Of a stretch of DNA of 64,000 nucleotides, positions 49,326 through 63,566 are shown piece after piece. Each line of letters opens with the position of its first letter. Position 1 is the stretch's first letter. The DNA lies in NCBI GenBank assembly GCA_951406725.2, contig OX597836.1:32364001-32428000 (forward strand). The letters are read 5' to 3'. The stretch is from Octopus vulgaris (Eukaryota). A model generated the notes under the pieces. That model saw only the letters and a program-made list of their open reading frames with translations, did not search any database and was not told where the DNA came from. Both the position numbers and the translations under genes were made by a program.

Positions 49326-49549
49326 TTGGGTTGTCCAGAAAGTTCATGCCAATTTTTAAAGGAAAGAAAAAGGTCAATAAATACTTGCCATTACATTTTT
49401 AATCAACCAAATATGAACCATTTTGTTGCACAATGCATCTCCATCTTTCCTTTAACTTGAAAATACCCTCTTCCAGAATTGAGGTGCCTGGGAGGGTAAG
49501 TCGAAAGGTAAGCTACTATAAATCGGCACGAACTTTCCGGACAACCCAA
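49326..49549 (-). mobile_element. Mariner-derived MITE nested in a Family A SINE (49255-49685)
   Basis: TIRs ttgggttgtccagaaagttcatgccaattt / aaatcggcacgaactttccggacaacccaa with a TA TSD. The interior encodes (-) GIFKLKERWRCIVQQNGSYLVD*. Confidence 0.88.
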
Positions 49550-49692
49550 TAGTTTGGTAAAAGAGATTGATAGAATAAAGTACCAGGTTTTACAAAAACC
49601 AAAAAAAAAGAGAAGTACAGGGATTGATTCACTTGACTAAAATTCTTAAAGTATGGCCATAGTCTAATGACAGACACAAGTAAAAAATAAAA

Positions 49693-49727
<35 letters not shown>

Positions 49728-50039
49728 CAATTTCTGAATTATGCATAACAAGCCATTTTATTTAACTATATAAGGCATTTCTGAATTATGCACGACAAGG
49801 AAGCTCATTCAACTGGAGAGTTTATATGTAGAATATTGCAAAGAAGGAGCAAAAAATTACTTTAAAAACATAGTATTTCTGTATTAGATGAGGAAATAAA
49901 AACTGTAAAGATTAATTATTCTATGTTGTTTATCACATTTTGAAGAATATTCATGAAAAAATTTCTTGTTTTTTATTTCTTTTCTCCCCAAGTTTCTATT
50001 TAGCATTAATGGGGAAAATAGGATTCAGTACTACATTAC

Positions 50040-50103
<64 letters not shown>

Positions 50104-50381
50104 CCTGTATATGTGGGTGTGTAGTATATCTATATATATAATATTGCTTATATATGTGGGTGTGTAGAGTGTGTCTCTCTCTCTCTATATATATGTATAT
50201 GTATATATATATATTACATTGCTTTTTTTAAAAAGAATAACTTATTACCTAGATACATATAGCTAATGTGAAAGTGAATACAAAGTTCTTTTGAATATTT
50301 AATGCCATTAGTGGCAGTAAAAAATAATAGCATAAAAAAGACACCAAAAAAACAGAAGCTTATTACTATTATTTATTATTA

Positions 50382-50419
<38 letters not shown>

Positions 50420-51189
50420 TTTTTTTTTGCCATTGAACAACATCATGACCTAAATATCAATGTTTCTTTAGGGGGTAGAAAAAAAACACATGGAAAGATG
50501 ATTTTTTTTTCTAATTTCTTTCTTTTTTTTTGTGTATCTGTTTCATTGATTTTTTGTGGGGGCGGGGGTAGGGTTTTATTGACTCACTTTTTTTCCCTCA
50601 GTTTTTAATTTTATGCAAGATCACTATGAGAATGTGTGAGTGTGTGTATAGATATTCATGTATCTATACAATAAATATATATACATACATACATATATAC
50701 ATACATACACACATCTATTTATATACGTATCTATATAGATGTTCATGTATATATGTGTGTGTGTTTATATATATATATATCATATCTATGTGTGCATTTG
50801 CATGCATGCCCATTTTCAAGCATCAATTTCTTCATATACTAATTGCATATATTATACAAAGTGCCAATACTTCAGTCCTTCATACAAAATGTCAAAATAT
50901 TCTTTAAGCTAAATGGAAACCAATAAATTGATAAATGATAAATGGAATGATGTTTTCATCTCTGCAATGATTCCATAAAATCTAAAATTTAAAAGACCAA
51001 ATTACCACATACAGGTTTTCAGTTTCAGTTTCCAACAGATTTTGCATGCACACACACACACACACACACACAGTGCACACAAAGTGAAATTGTGAAGATC
51101 ACAATTATCTTGGCAATCTGAGAGAACCTGCTAATGTTACGGATACAGTATCATCTCATGTAATTATTGTCATTCATTAATAAAAAATA

Positions 51190-51609
51190 AACCCTTTACA
51201 AGTCCTGAAATTCTGGGACATGGGGCTAGTTGGTTACATCAAAATCCAGTACTCAACTGGTACTGATTTTATCAACTCCAAAAATGATGAAAAACAAAGT
51301 TGACCTCAGCAGAATTTGAACTCAGAACATAGAGACTAATGAAATACTGTTAAGCATTTTATCTAGTGTTCTAGCGATTCTGCCAGCATGCTGCTTTAAT
51401 GGTAATAAAGGCCTGAAACTTTGGTGAGGTGGGGGGTACTAATTGGTTATATTGACTCCCATAGCTCAAATGGTACTTATTTTATTGACCCTGAAAGCAT
51501 GAAAGGCAAAGTCGACCTCGATGGAATTTGAATTCAGAACATAAAGATGGACAAAATGCCACTAAGCATTTTGCCTGGTGCACTAATGATTCTGAGAACT
51601 CACTGCCTC

Positions 51610-51649
<40 letters not shown>

Positions 51650-52370
51650 GTAATAATAATTATTATAATGATAGTAATGGTTTCAAATTCTGTCACAAGG
51701 GCAGCCATTTTGGGGGAGGGTATGTGTCGATTACATCCCACCCCAGTGTTCAACTGGTACTTATTTAATCAACCCCAAAAGGATGAAAGGCAAAATTGAC
51801 CTCGGCTGAATTTGAACTCAGAATGTAGCAACAAGTGAAATACCGCTCAGCATTTTGTCCAGTGCACTAACGATACTGCCAACTCACCACCTTAATAATA
51901 ACAATAATAGCGATAATAATAATAGTAATAATTCTTTCTACTGTAGGCACAAGGCCTGAAATTTGGGGGAAGGGATTAAGAAGATTACATCGACCCAAGT
52001 GCATAACTGGTACTTAATTAATCAACCCTGAAAGGATGAAAGGCAAAGTCACCTCAGTGGAATTTAAAATCAGAACGTGCAGACAGGTGAAATGGCACAA
52101 AGCATTTTGTCTGGCATGCTAAATACTCTGCCAGCTCACTGCCTTAATATTAATGATAATAATGATGATAATATTAATTTTATTCCTTTCTACTATAGGT
52201 ATAATGCCTGAAATTTTGGGGGAGGACACTAGTGGATTACATCAACCCTAGTGTTTCTCTGCTACTTAATTTATTCTTTTCTACTCTAGGCACAAGGCCC
52301 AACATTTTTGGGGAGGGGGCCAGTCGATTAGATCAACTGCAGTACACAACTTGTACTAATTTATCGACTA
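51190..52370 (-). mobile_element. Array of about six Family B SINEs and fragments in the same orientation
   Basis: Repeated gcctgaaattt...ctggtactta.ttta...gatgaaaggcaaagtc...gaatttgaactcagaac units separated by (AAT)n. Confidence 0.85.
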
Positions 52371-53145
52371 GGCTAAGAAAGAGATGGTAAGATAATATCC
52401 ATAGTCTTGGTTGGTCATGTTCAGGAAGCCACCCAGAAAGTGTTATGCCAAAATAGACAGTGGCGTTAGGTGCAATCCTCTGGCTTGCCTGCTCCTATCA
52501 AACCATCCCACCCATGCCGGCATGGAAGGCAGACTTTAAAGGATAATAATGATGATGATAAATGTTTACCATTTATGCATTTGCTATATGGTGTTCACCT
52601 ACAAAACCCAAAATGCATGCCCCTAACTAGTTCTGCATAAAACTTATATTTTAGATTAGTGACTTGTGCTATGTTTGAAAACAAATTCTTAGTAAACATC
52701 AAAATGGTAAAAATCAAAATTCTATAAAAGTACATCAATTTAGAAAGAAAAACATAATTTTTCAAACACATGTGTGGTGCCCTCTGGGTGGCTGGTTAAT
52801 ACGAAGGGAGGTAATTATCTCCTCACAGCATGAGGCAGGATAACAAAATTTGAATTTGTAATCAAGGAATTCAAAACAGATACAGAATTCACCTAATTTT
52901 TATGTAAACATTTTTTTAAATATATTTCATAAGATATAGATCTTAAACTGGAATTGTGTCAGGCTATAATTTGAGACTAATGAGCTATAAATTCTGCCCC
53001 AGGAAAGTAGTTTTTGAATTGCAGTATCCTCTATGTTTCTAGTGGTTTAACTGTCATTAAGCCCAGCTACATAATTAAAAACATACGAAAGTGTTTCTAT
53101 GACAACATAATTCAATGTTGCTTTTTCATTTTTGAGTTGATATAT

Positions 53146-53360
53146 CTTTTCTACTCTAGGCAGAAGGCCTGAAATTTTGGGGGAGGGGGCCAGCCAATTA
53201 GATTTATCCCAGCATGCAACTGGCACTTAATTTATCAGCTCCAAAAGGATGAAAGGCAAAGTCGACCTTGGTGGAATTTGAACTCAGAACGTAAAGACAG
53301 AAGAAATATCGCTAAGCATTTCGCCCGATATGCTAATGTTTCTGCCAGCTTTCCACCTTT
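53146..53360 (-). mobile_element. Family B SINE
   Basis: Matches the family B consensus. Confidence 0.85.
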
Positions 53361-54336
53361 AAATTGATATATCTATCAACTCAAATGATCCCACAAAGGT
53401 TTCATTGTCAGCTCAGAATAAAGGCTACTTAGCTGCTATTTCTTGTAAGTTGAGTGAACACTTGGCAACTTCTTTGTTGCTTTGATATAGGTGTGATTTG
53501 ACTATCTCCATCTCTATCCATCTTCCACTGGCCTTTTGCACACATTTGAATTCAACTACCCACTCACCCCGTCTAGTACACTCTTCTACGTCAATCTACA
53601 TGCCAGCTAAAAAGCATCTAGTCCACACTGTAAAGTGGTTGGCATTTGGAAAGGCATCCAGCTGTAAAAGTCATGCTAAAACTAACTTCACCTGTGTTAG
53701 CGCAATGTAAAAAGCACTCCATCCACTCTGCAGTGTGATTGGTGTTAGGAAGGGCATCCAGCCATAAAATCCCTATATATATATGGCCACAGCTCGTGTT
53801 GTCCCTTTTCAGTACAGGGTTTTTGAACTTAATAGATGATGGAGGTAAAACACTTTGAGATATATAGTACAAGATAACATTTCTGCCAGTCCAATACAGT
53901 ATGATTTCTGATGAGTCAACATGAGAAATCGCTACATGGTTGTTCAAGTGGCAAAAAAAACAAATCTCCCTCATTTTTCAGATTAAGATTTTTTTTTTTG
54001 TGAAAGGGCAAGAGCACATTGTATTTAATACAGTGTTAGAGACAGAAAATCCCTCTACTTGGTCCTTGGATGCCTTTAGCAGTGTCTGCTCTGCTGCATG
54101 CATCTGAGCCAAGTCTCCATTCTAAGGTTAACTTCTCTTCTTGCTGCCAGACTCAGAGACGATGATAAAGGTAATATACCCTGTCCTTCCTTCTCTCACT
54201 ATGATATCTAAGAAAAAAAAAAGATTGACATGATGGTCATGGCTGGAACCTTTGGTAATATGTCTGTTTGATCAAGAATGACTTTAGGGCTAAACAACTT
54301 CTAAATATACCCCTTATCACTAAATACAGTGTAGTA

Positions 54337-54490
54337 CAGGGTCATCTTACCATCTTAAGGCATAGGCCTCCTGGGCAGTTGCCCAAGGCTCTCACCAGTC
54401 TAGGGACCCAAATTCTCATCTATGCATAACTACTATGGGCCTAGTGCTTTAATTTGCTTGGGGGCCTATTATACTGCTAAGATGGCTCTG
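54337..54490. mobile_element. Short hAT-like MITE
   Basis: TIRs cagggtcatctta / taagatggctctg. The 8-bp flanks gtgtagta / atgttgta match 6/8. Confidence 0.6.
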
Positions 54491-55191
54491 ATGTTGTATT
54501 GAAGTTGCTGTTGATGTTGTTTAACTCTGGGTTAACCCTGACTACAAAGATTTTCCAGTTGTGATACTTCAACTTTTTCCCGCAATTTGTGATCCTTCAA
54601 CATTTTCCTGCATTCATAGAACACCTTATCCAACCCAGCCTTTTCTAAGACAGCTGTGTGTAATTTTAGAGAGATTTCACTGTGGTTTCAAGAAAATTAT
54701 TAAGCAAACACATTGTAGATCCTTCATTGGGAATGGTTGAAAAAATAATAAGGATAGACATAGTAGTATAGATATGGGGAGAGGAAGACTAAAAAAACAG
54801 TAAGATACTTGTATGATAATGCTATGTTTAACAATGATCTAAATACTGTCTATTGTCGTATTGTACGTGATGAAACAAAAGGAACAATACAGGAAATTCA
54901 TTTTGGAGATCTTTCTTGAAAATACGATTATGATTTGTTACTATTGTCATTAGAGTGCTTTCTGATTCTTTTCTTAGATAATCAATGAGTTATCTATCAT
55001 TGTTGACTGCAAAAAGAAAAGTTCAATCTCAACTAGAACTTATATAATCGTTATAAATATAAGATGAGAGATATATAAAACATTGAAGGGTAAAGACACA
55101 AGGTTTCTAACAGATTTGTTTTCAGGGTTTTTTCTTTTCTCCTCTCTGAAATCCACTGGATCATTGTGTTCGTAATTGGTAAAAAGAAATA

Positions 55192-55607
55192 CTCTTTACT
55201 CTCTTTTACTTGTTTCAGTCATTTGACTGCGGCCATGCTGGAGCACCACCTTTAGTCGAGCAAATCGACCCCGGGACTTATTCTTTGTAAGCCCAGTACT
55301 TATTCTATCAGTCTCTTTTGCCGAACCACTAAGTGACGGGGACATAAACACACCAACATCAGTTGTCAAGCAATGCTAGGGGGACAAACACAGACACACA
55401 CATACATACACATATATATATATATATATATATACATATATACGACGGGCTTCTTTCAGTTTCCGTCTACCAAATCCACTCACAAGGCTTTAGTCGGCCC
55501 GAGGCTATAGTAGAAGACACTTACCCAAGATGCCATGCAGTGGGACTGAATCCGGAACCATGTGGTTGGTAAGCAAGCTACTTACCACACAGCCACTCCT
55601 GCGCCTA
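55192..55607 (-). mobile_element. Family A SINE, full length and young
   Basis: Retains many CpGs; head taggcgcaggagtggctgtgtggtaag on the minus strand. A second partial copy lies at 55630-55835. Confidence 0.92.
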
Positions 55608-57239
55608 TACTGTTTCAGATTTATTTATTTCTTTATTCTTTTACATGTTTCCATACTGGATCTCCACCTTAAAGAGTGTTTTAGTTGAAGAAATCAACCC
55701 CTGGACTTATTCTTTGTAACCCTACCACTTATTCTATTGGTCTCTTTCACTGAACCACCAAAGTTATGAGGATGTAAACACACCAGCATTGGTTATGAAG
55801 TGATGGTGGGGAGACAAACACAGACACGAAGACACACCCATGTGAATATATACACATATATGTATTTCTCTATCTCGGAACATACCCTTTGCAAATTTCG
55901 AAGTATATTATGGACTGCATATTTAATAAGATGTACATGTCTGAATAGCTCAAGAATGGATTATATATTTGAGTGGGTTAAATTGTCTGCATGCACTGCA
56001 AGAATGTCATTTTGTTGGTACTTCTGTACCAAGGTTGATACTTAAATAATATTGTTGTGTGCATATTATTCCAACCTAATGAGGTGCCTCAGCCTAAGTA
56101 CCTAATTCAACTGAATCTTACTTATACATATATATATATATATATGTATATATAAGTCGCCATGATTGATCGCTAAATCCACAAGATTTTTTTTTTCTCT
56201 CTGTGTTTATTTCTTCATATTTCTTTCTGTTGAAGAGCGTAGGCTTGAAATATAAAAGACTTTCTCATTTTCCTGAGTGTCAAACTAATACACCTGTCTT
56301 CATCTTTTGTTTTACTGTAAATTTCATATGTGTGTGTGTGTGATAAGGTAGACAATGGAAACAGATATAATAATCCTTTATTTATTTATCCATATAAATA
56401 AATAATTTTCCGACATGTTTCTACTTAATAGCTAAGAGTATATCTATTTTACATTAAGTATTTTAAAATAAGGCCAGCAATTTCAAGGAAGGCAGTTATG
56501 TTGATTATATTAACCCCAGTGCTGAACCCTCGAGGAATGAAATTCAAAGTTCACCTCAGTAAAACTAGAACTGAAAGTATAATGAAATGCTGCTAAATAT
56601 TTTGCTCAGCACTGTGACGATTCTACCTGCCTTATGTGCATCTGTATGTACATTATTGTAATGTACAACAAATTATATGATACATTTAGTGGAGAAAAGG
56701 AGTATTCAATACGTTAGAAATCTGCTGTAAAAACCATTTAAAGTTTCCCAAAGAACGCAGGTGTTTTAGCTCAGAATTTTTTGTGCATTAGTGAATTATT
56801 TACAAATTCAAATACTATAAGTGTCAAATAAATGTTGATATTTTGAACTAAGAAGATATTTGGAATTTTTTAATTACATCTTTTTTAATTTATACTCAGT
56901 TTATAAATTTCGTAATTTAGGGAATTGCCACCAGTGGATGGAGTAGGTCATGGGAATCTGGTAGGAGATGTGACTGTGATGTCATTGGGCTGGAAATGAA
57001 GCAGAGGTGTAGTCTAGGCAGCAGCTATGGTGGCAGAGGATAAGGAGGCCACAGCAACAACAACAATGTGGAGGTGAGGAGCCTAAGCATGTGAAACAAT
57101 GAATGATTGGAGTTGCAGCTGATATACGTCTCTGTCCCCTGTCTGTCTCCCATCAATCCACCATTTAAAAAGCACCATGTAAGAAGCAGTCCATGCTAGT
57201 GCCCTGTAAAAAGCACTTGTACAGGCACCATGTGAAAAG

Positions 57240-57622
57240 CACCTATGTGGGCATTGTGTAATGCACCTGTGCTGGTATTGTGTAATGCACTTGCTCTGGC
57301 ATTGTGTAATGCACCTGTGCTGGAATTGTGTAATGCACCTGTGCTGGCATTGTGTAATGCACTTGCTCTGGCATTTTGTAATGCACCTGTGCTGGCTTTG
57401 TGTAATGCACCTGTGCTAGCATTGTGTAATGCACCTATGGTGGCATTGTGTAATGCACCTGTGCTGGCATTGTGTAATGCACTTGCTCTGACATTGTGTA
57501 ATGTACCTATGCTGGCAGTTTGTAATGCACCTGTGCTGGCATCATGTAATGCACCTGTGCTGGTATTTTGTAATGCACCTGTGCTGGCATTGTGTAATGC
57601 ACCTGTGCTGGCATTGTGTAAT
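57240..57622. repeat. 24-bp minisatellite (gcacctgtgctggcattgtgtaat, ~16 units) inside a Family C element (57165-57670)
   Basis: Read directly; the array is followed by the family C tail gccagcatggaacacaaatgttaaatg. Confidence 0.92.
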
Positions 57623-57950
57623 GCCAGCATGGAACACAAATGTTAAATGAAGATAATAATGGTGATGATCATATTGACAGTAAATTGCATATTTTTCTAG
57701 AATACAATGTGACTTAAAAAGAAAAAAGGGACCTGAAATGACAAGAAAACAGGATAAAAGCCTATCCCTTACCAACACCAAACAAACTTTATTATCAGGT
57801 GGCTATTTGTCTCTACAATGCTTTGAATCTGCTATGACCATTCCTCACTTATTTATCACAGCTTCTCCAACTAAAATTTCAAATGTAACAGAGTGGGGAT
57901 AAAGATCTTTTTATTTATTTATTTATATATTTATTTATTTATTTATCTAT

Positions 57951-57981
<31 letters not shown>

Positions 57982-58124
57982 TTACATGGATATACCGTAG
58001 ATGAAGTCTCAACTATACATTAAATATGAAAAAGCAATTTGTGGAGTTTTGTTGACTATTTCCTACCTCCACTGGGCACATCATATAGAGTATTGTAATG
58101 TGTGTATGTTTAATACACACTCAC

Positions 58125-58383
<259 letters not shown>

Positions 58384-59088
58384 TAAATTTCTTCATATGT
58401 TCTGCTGTGATTAAACAACTGATATAGAAATCAATGGGGAATGTATGTAGACAAATAAATATAGTTTATATATTGGAAAATGAAAGTTATCAAATTCACC
58501 TTAAAGGATAATTGGACTGTAAAAGAAGAAATATGTTATATTTCTCAGAATAGGTAAGCTTAATTGTTAAGCTAATGCAATGAAATCTTTGGTTTAATGG
58601 AATAAAAGAGAAGAGAATTTATTATAAGTGCTGCATAGGTATTTCATCTTTGTAGTCTGAGGGAGCTTTAAGGTGAAACTGTTTAACTGTTACCTTTCAT
58701 CATATGTGTGTGTGTGTGTGTGTGTGCACAAAGATGTGTAAATATATGTACATGCGTATATATGTGTGCATCTATCTGTCTATCTATATATCTATATATA
58801 TATGTGTGTGTGTGTGTGAGAGAGAGTATTTTTCAATATAAGTGACTATTTATTGTATTAGAGTGTGTACATATAAAATGTATGTATATAGACAGATAAA
58901 TATATGCATGTATGTATATATATATACATTATATATGTATGCATTATGTATGTATGTATGTATGTATGCATGCATGCATGTATGTATGTATGTATGTACG
59001 TACGTACGTACGTACGTATGTATGTATGTATGTATGTATGTATGTAGATAGATATAGATATATAGATATGTGTTTGTGTATGTGTCTT

Positions 59089-59119
<31 letters not shown>

Positions 59120-59125
59120 GATAAT

Positions 59126-59340
59126 TAAGGCAGTGGGCTTGCAGAAACATTAGCACACTGGGTGAAATGCTTTGTGGTATTTCATCTGTCTTTATGTTCT
59201 GAGTTCAAATTCTGCTGAGATCAACTTTGCCTTTCATCCTTTCAGGTTCAATAAATGAAGTACCAGTTGCATACTGGGGTCGATCTAATTGACTGGCCCT
59301 CTCCCCCAAAATTTCAGGCCTTGTGCCTAGTGTAGAAAAC
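59126..59340 (+). mobile_element. Family B SINE between (ATT)n tracts
   Basis: Matches the family B consensus. Confidence 0.88.
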
Positions 59341-59351
59341 AATTATTATTA

Positions 59352-59394
<43 letters not shown>

Positions 59395-59811
59395 TACTAC
59401 TACTACTATAATTATTGTCATTATCTATTGTAAACAATGCACCCAACTGGGTTGATGATATATCATGTTAAATGTTCCATCAGGAAATGACAAGACAGAT
59501 GATGTTTACCGTAAAAAAATGTGTTTTATTTGTTTATTTATACCACATGTTCAGAGATATATGCATACACTTCGCTGTGTATCTATCTATCTATCTATCT
59601 ATCTATTTATCTATCTATCTATCTCTCTCTCTCTCTCTCTCTCTTTATATATATATATATATATACATACACGTGCATGTGTTTTTGTGTTGTAGTTTGG
59701 GAGTGTTCGTCTTTGCTTGTGAATAATTAAGACACAACCTTAATATTTGATTATTTGTAACAGCCTTTTAAACTATGACCATGATCTGTTGATTGCTCTC
59801 TAAAGAGGCTT

Positions 59812-59852
<41 letters not shown>

Positions 59853-59991
59853 TGCAAACAAATAAACACACATATATACACACTAATAAATAAAGACACA
59901 CATAAACAAATCTCTATTTCTCAGTATCTGTTTGTCAATATCTAGTACTTTATCTACCTAACACTCAATCTCTTTACCTATCAACCGATCA

Positions 59992-60056
<65 letters not shown>

Positions 60057-60057
60057 G

Positions 60058-60096
<39 letters not shown>

Positions 60097-60350
60097 CCTA
60101 TCTATCTATCTATCTATCTATCTCCATTTCTGTCCCTTTCATAAGAGTAGTGAGACATAAAAGCACCCATGCGGTGACATGTAAAAGTGCCTGTGTTGTC
60201 ACATAAAAGCGTCTCTGCGGTGCCACATAAAAGCATCCAGAACACTGTGTAAAGTGGTTGGCATTAGGAAGGGCATCCAACCATACAAGCCATGCCAAAG
60301 CAGACTGGAGCCTCTCACTCAATCATAATAATAATAATAATAATAATAAT

Positions 60351-60518
60351 TGTGTTTATGTCCCCGTTACTTAGCGGTTCGGCAAAAGAGACCGATAGAA
60401 TAAGTACAGGGCTTACAAAAGAATAAGTCCCGGGGTCGAGTTGCTCGATTAAAGGCGGTGCTCCAGCATGGCCGCAGTCAAATGACTGAAACAAGTAAAA
60501 GAGTAAAGAGTAAGAGTA
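60351..60518 (+). mobile_element. Family A SINE, 5'-truncated, inserted in (AAT)n
   Basis: tgtgtttatgtccccg...gaaacaagtaaaagagtaaagag. Confidence 0.88.
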
Positions 60519-60538
60519 ATAATAATAATAATAATAAT

Positions 60539-61077
60539 TGATGCAATATCAGACAGTGGCTCTCTTGAATTCTGATCTTAACTGATTGGAAGTGTTATCA
60601 TGTACATTGTCTTGTCTTGGTATAAAGATGGGCTACAGCAAATATTCTGCTCAATACCACAAACTTGCTTGTCAGTTGCTTGACCTTAACCAGTTGAGCA
60701 TGTCTTTTGGTGGCTGATGATATATGCTTCTCTGATCACGAGAAGAAGTAGTGGGAGAGCATCATAGCCATGTGTTGAGAGAAATTCTTTGGGGTTTGAA
60801 TAATTTACCTCTGGAGACATGGATGTTTCTTTCAACAACTTTAAACAACATCTTTTGAGCAGGATGGACTACTCGACCCGAAGAAAATTCTAACTGGGCC
60901 CCACCTGCAATGTTGTGTGCTGTTTATCTTGATATGAGATCACCATGTCAGACACATATGGTTGTGATGCATGTGCCTGGTGTACCCTCATCAGATGGGT
61001 AGTCATGATGGGTATACTGGGCTTTGTATATTTTACCTTGGTCTCACTTTGATGGCTTGCACTGCTCTCTCACACAA
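60539..61077 (+). mobile_element. Probable non-LTR retrotransposon 3' region flanked by (AAT)n
   Basis: A block of higher complexity and GC content ending ctctctcacacaataataat. A near-identical terminus ctctcactcaat-(aat)n occurs at ~60312-60350. Confidence 0.4.
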
Positions 61078-61127
61078 TAATAATATATAATAATAATAAT
61101 AATATGTAACATATGGTATAATTACTA

Positions 61128-61465
61128 ATCCTTTCTACTAAAGGCACAAGGTCTGAAATTTGGCAGGAGGGGACTAGTTGATTTCATCAATCTCAGTATT
61201 TCACTGGTACTTAATTTATCGACCCTGAAAGAATGAAAGGCAAGGTTGACCTCTGCAGAATTTGAACTTAGAACGTAGGAATTGGTGAAATACCACTCAG
61301 CATTTTGCCCGGTGTGTTAACGATTTTGCCAGCTTGCTGCAGTACAAGGCCTGAAATTTGTTGGGTGGTGGGGTAGTCAATTGAATCAACTTCAGTACAT
61401 AACTGGTACTTATTTTATGAACCCCAAAAGAATGAAAGGCAAAGTCAACCTTGGCAGAATTTGAG
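61128..61465 (-). mobile_element. Two tandem Family B SINEs
   Basis: Match the family B consensus. Confidence 0.8.
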
Positions 61466-61510
61466 TAATAATAAGGATAATGATTATAACAAGCATAATA
61501 TAATATTATA

Positions 61511-61546
<36 letters not shown>

Positions 61547-63349
61547 TGTATGTATGTATGTATGTATGTATGTATGAATATGTATATCTGTATGTATGTA
61601 TATGTTCATGTCAATATGTGTATATATTTATGTATATGTGTGATTATATATTTATTTATTTATATGCGTCAATGCCTACAACTTGGTTTTAAACAATGCC
61701 ATCACATGATTGTTCTCTTAATCACAAGCAGCACAAATGTGACTTTTCAATTCTGCGACACACCTACACTCTTTTGCACCAGCATAGCAACAACGGGCAC
61801 CTCTTGCAGCAGGTGTTCAGATAGCTGACCACCCACACTAACACATGCCTTCATTCTGTCATGTAATTGTTCATTGAGTGTTTTACCTTTCTCAGCTACA
61901 GCCAACCACTCTAAGCAACATGTAATAGAAATGGTAAAGTGAAGAAAAGTCTTGCATAGGGTCCATTCCTCTCTTAAAACAATGTACACTATTGCCCATA
62001 AAAGAAGAATTGTCTCTATCTCTATCCTTGGATGCAAATGAGATCACAGAGGTTATGTCAGAAGTTTCCCTCTAGAGATGATGTCTACACAAAGATTAGG
62101 GGTCTCTCTCATTCACAGCTCTCGTATGGTCGTTGATTCTATTGAGTTCATCTTGTCATCCTGCAAGGTGTTCAACAAATACCTCCCTCCTTACCAAACA
62201 GGTGTGTTTGGGTTGATGGTTTAGCTGCCAATGGCAATTGCCCAGGGTTATATCTTACCAGTAGCACTAAGAGTGTCTTCACACACACACACACGTCATG
62301 TGTGCACACACACACACACACATGTATGTTCCTGATGATTCTCTGAAGTGAAATGAAAGTACTAACTAAATACTTATTCAAAATTCTGACTACCTCCTTT
62401 TTCTTAGCATATAAGGCCCATACACCCCTTTAGACAATCTACGTACACACATATACATGAATATACATAATTGTATGTATGTAAGTATGTATATACATAA
62501 TTGTATGTATGTATGTATGTATGTATATGTGTGTGTATGTATGTATGTATGTATATTTATATGTATGTATGCCTTGTTTGCAATTGTAATGAGACCCAAC
62601 AAAGACTAAAACTAAACTTATTCCCTCTTCATGTATCATCGCCTGTTTTACAAGACTGGTTATTATGGACCTCAATGAAAAAGCCTGAAAATTCGTGAAT
62701 TTTCTTGAGAAAAATACATCATTAGGCACCTGTTACTTTCTCTTGGTTTATTCAATGATTACTCTACTAGTCTCCTGAGACACAGAGTCTTAAGGCAAGA
62801 TTGGTTCATGGGACTTCTAAATATGTCCGTATATTATCAGTCAGCCTCTGTGAATTGTTGAAATTAGATCAGTACAACCAAGTCAAAGTGCATGGTAACA
62901 ATGAATAGAGATAAAATGTAAAATCAAAAACACACACTACATAAGCAGGATAAATTCATCCTCAGCTGTCAGATCAGATGTCTTCATGGTTTTGACACCA
63001 AAGCAAATAATCACTCCGTCAGAAGGTGTCAACTCTTTAAAATGCAGTTTTAAAGTTACTTTAGAATGCACAATCAGAACTCACACATAAGATAAAAAGA
63101 ATAAAAAAAGTTAAGTAGAATTAAAAAAAACTTGAAAAACATTAAACTATGATTATAAAAAATTCAAAACAAAAAATATGAAAGAATGACATAAAATATA
63201 TACACCATACCACAATGAAAGACACAGACCTGTGAAAACGCTTAAGTGCAGAATACCAGAGTACCGGAAACTTAAGCCACTCACAGAGCAGGATGACCAA
63301 TATCAAAAAGAAAGAAAAAAAGAAGAAAAGCAGTGTAAGTGATGAACAG

Positions 63350-63509
63350 AGAAGTGGCTGTGTGGTAAGTAGCTTGCTTACCAACCACATGGTTCTGGGT
63401 TCAGTCCCATTGTGTGGCACCTTGGGCAAGTGTCTTCTACTATAGCCTCGGGCTGACCAAAGCCTTGTGAGTGGATTTGGTAGACGGAAACTGAAAGAAG
63501 CCCATCGTA

Positions 63510-63566
<57 letters not shown>

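Noticed and set aside
52776-52791. CTCF-like motif (ccacccagagggcacc on the minus strand)
   Set aside because: A partial match to the consensus that is expected by chance in 64 kb.
53908-53930. ctgatga-gtc-aacat-ga-gaaa hammerhead-like core
   Set aside because: Stem II lacks its closing C and I could not form stems I and III. It is better explained as a short hairpin (gatttctgatg / catgagaaatc).
57196-57646. ALHNASTG / LCNAPVLA repeat proteins, and a superficially CRISPR-like array
   Set aside because: These are contiguous 24-bp units with no unique spacers and no cas genes, embedded in a family C retroposon.
61747-62037. 96-aa ORF as a host exon
   Set aside because: No recognisable domain. 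LHDRMKACVSVGGQLSE faintly resembles a LINE RT segment, so a decayed retroelement is more likely, but it is too weak to annotate.
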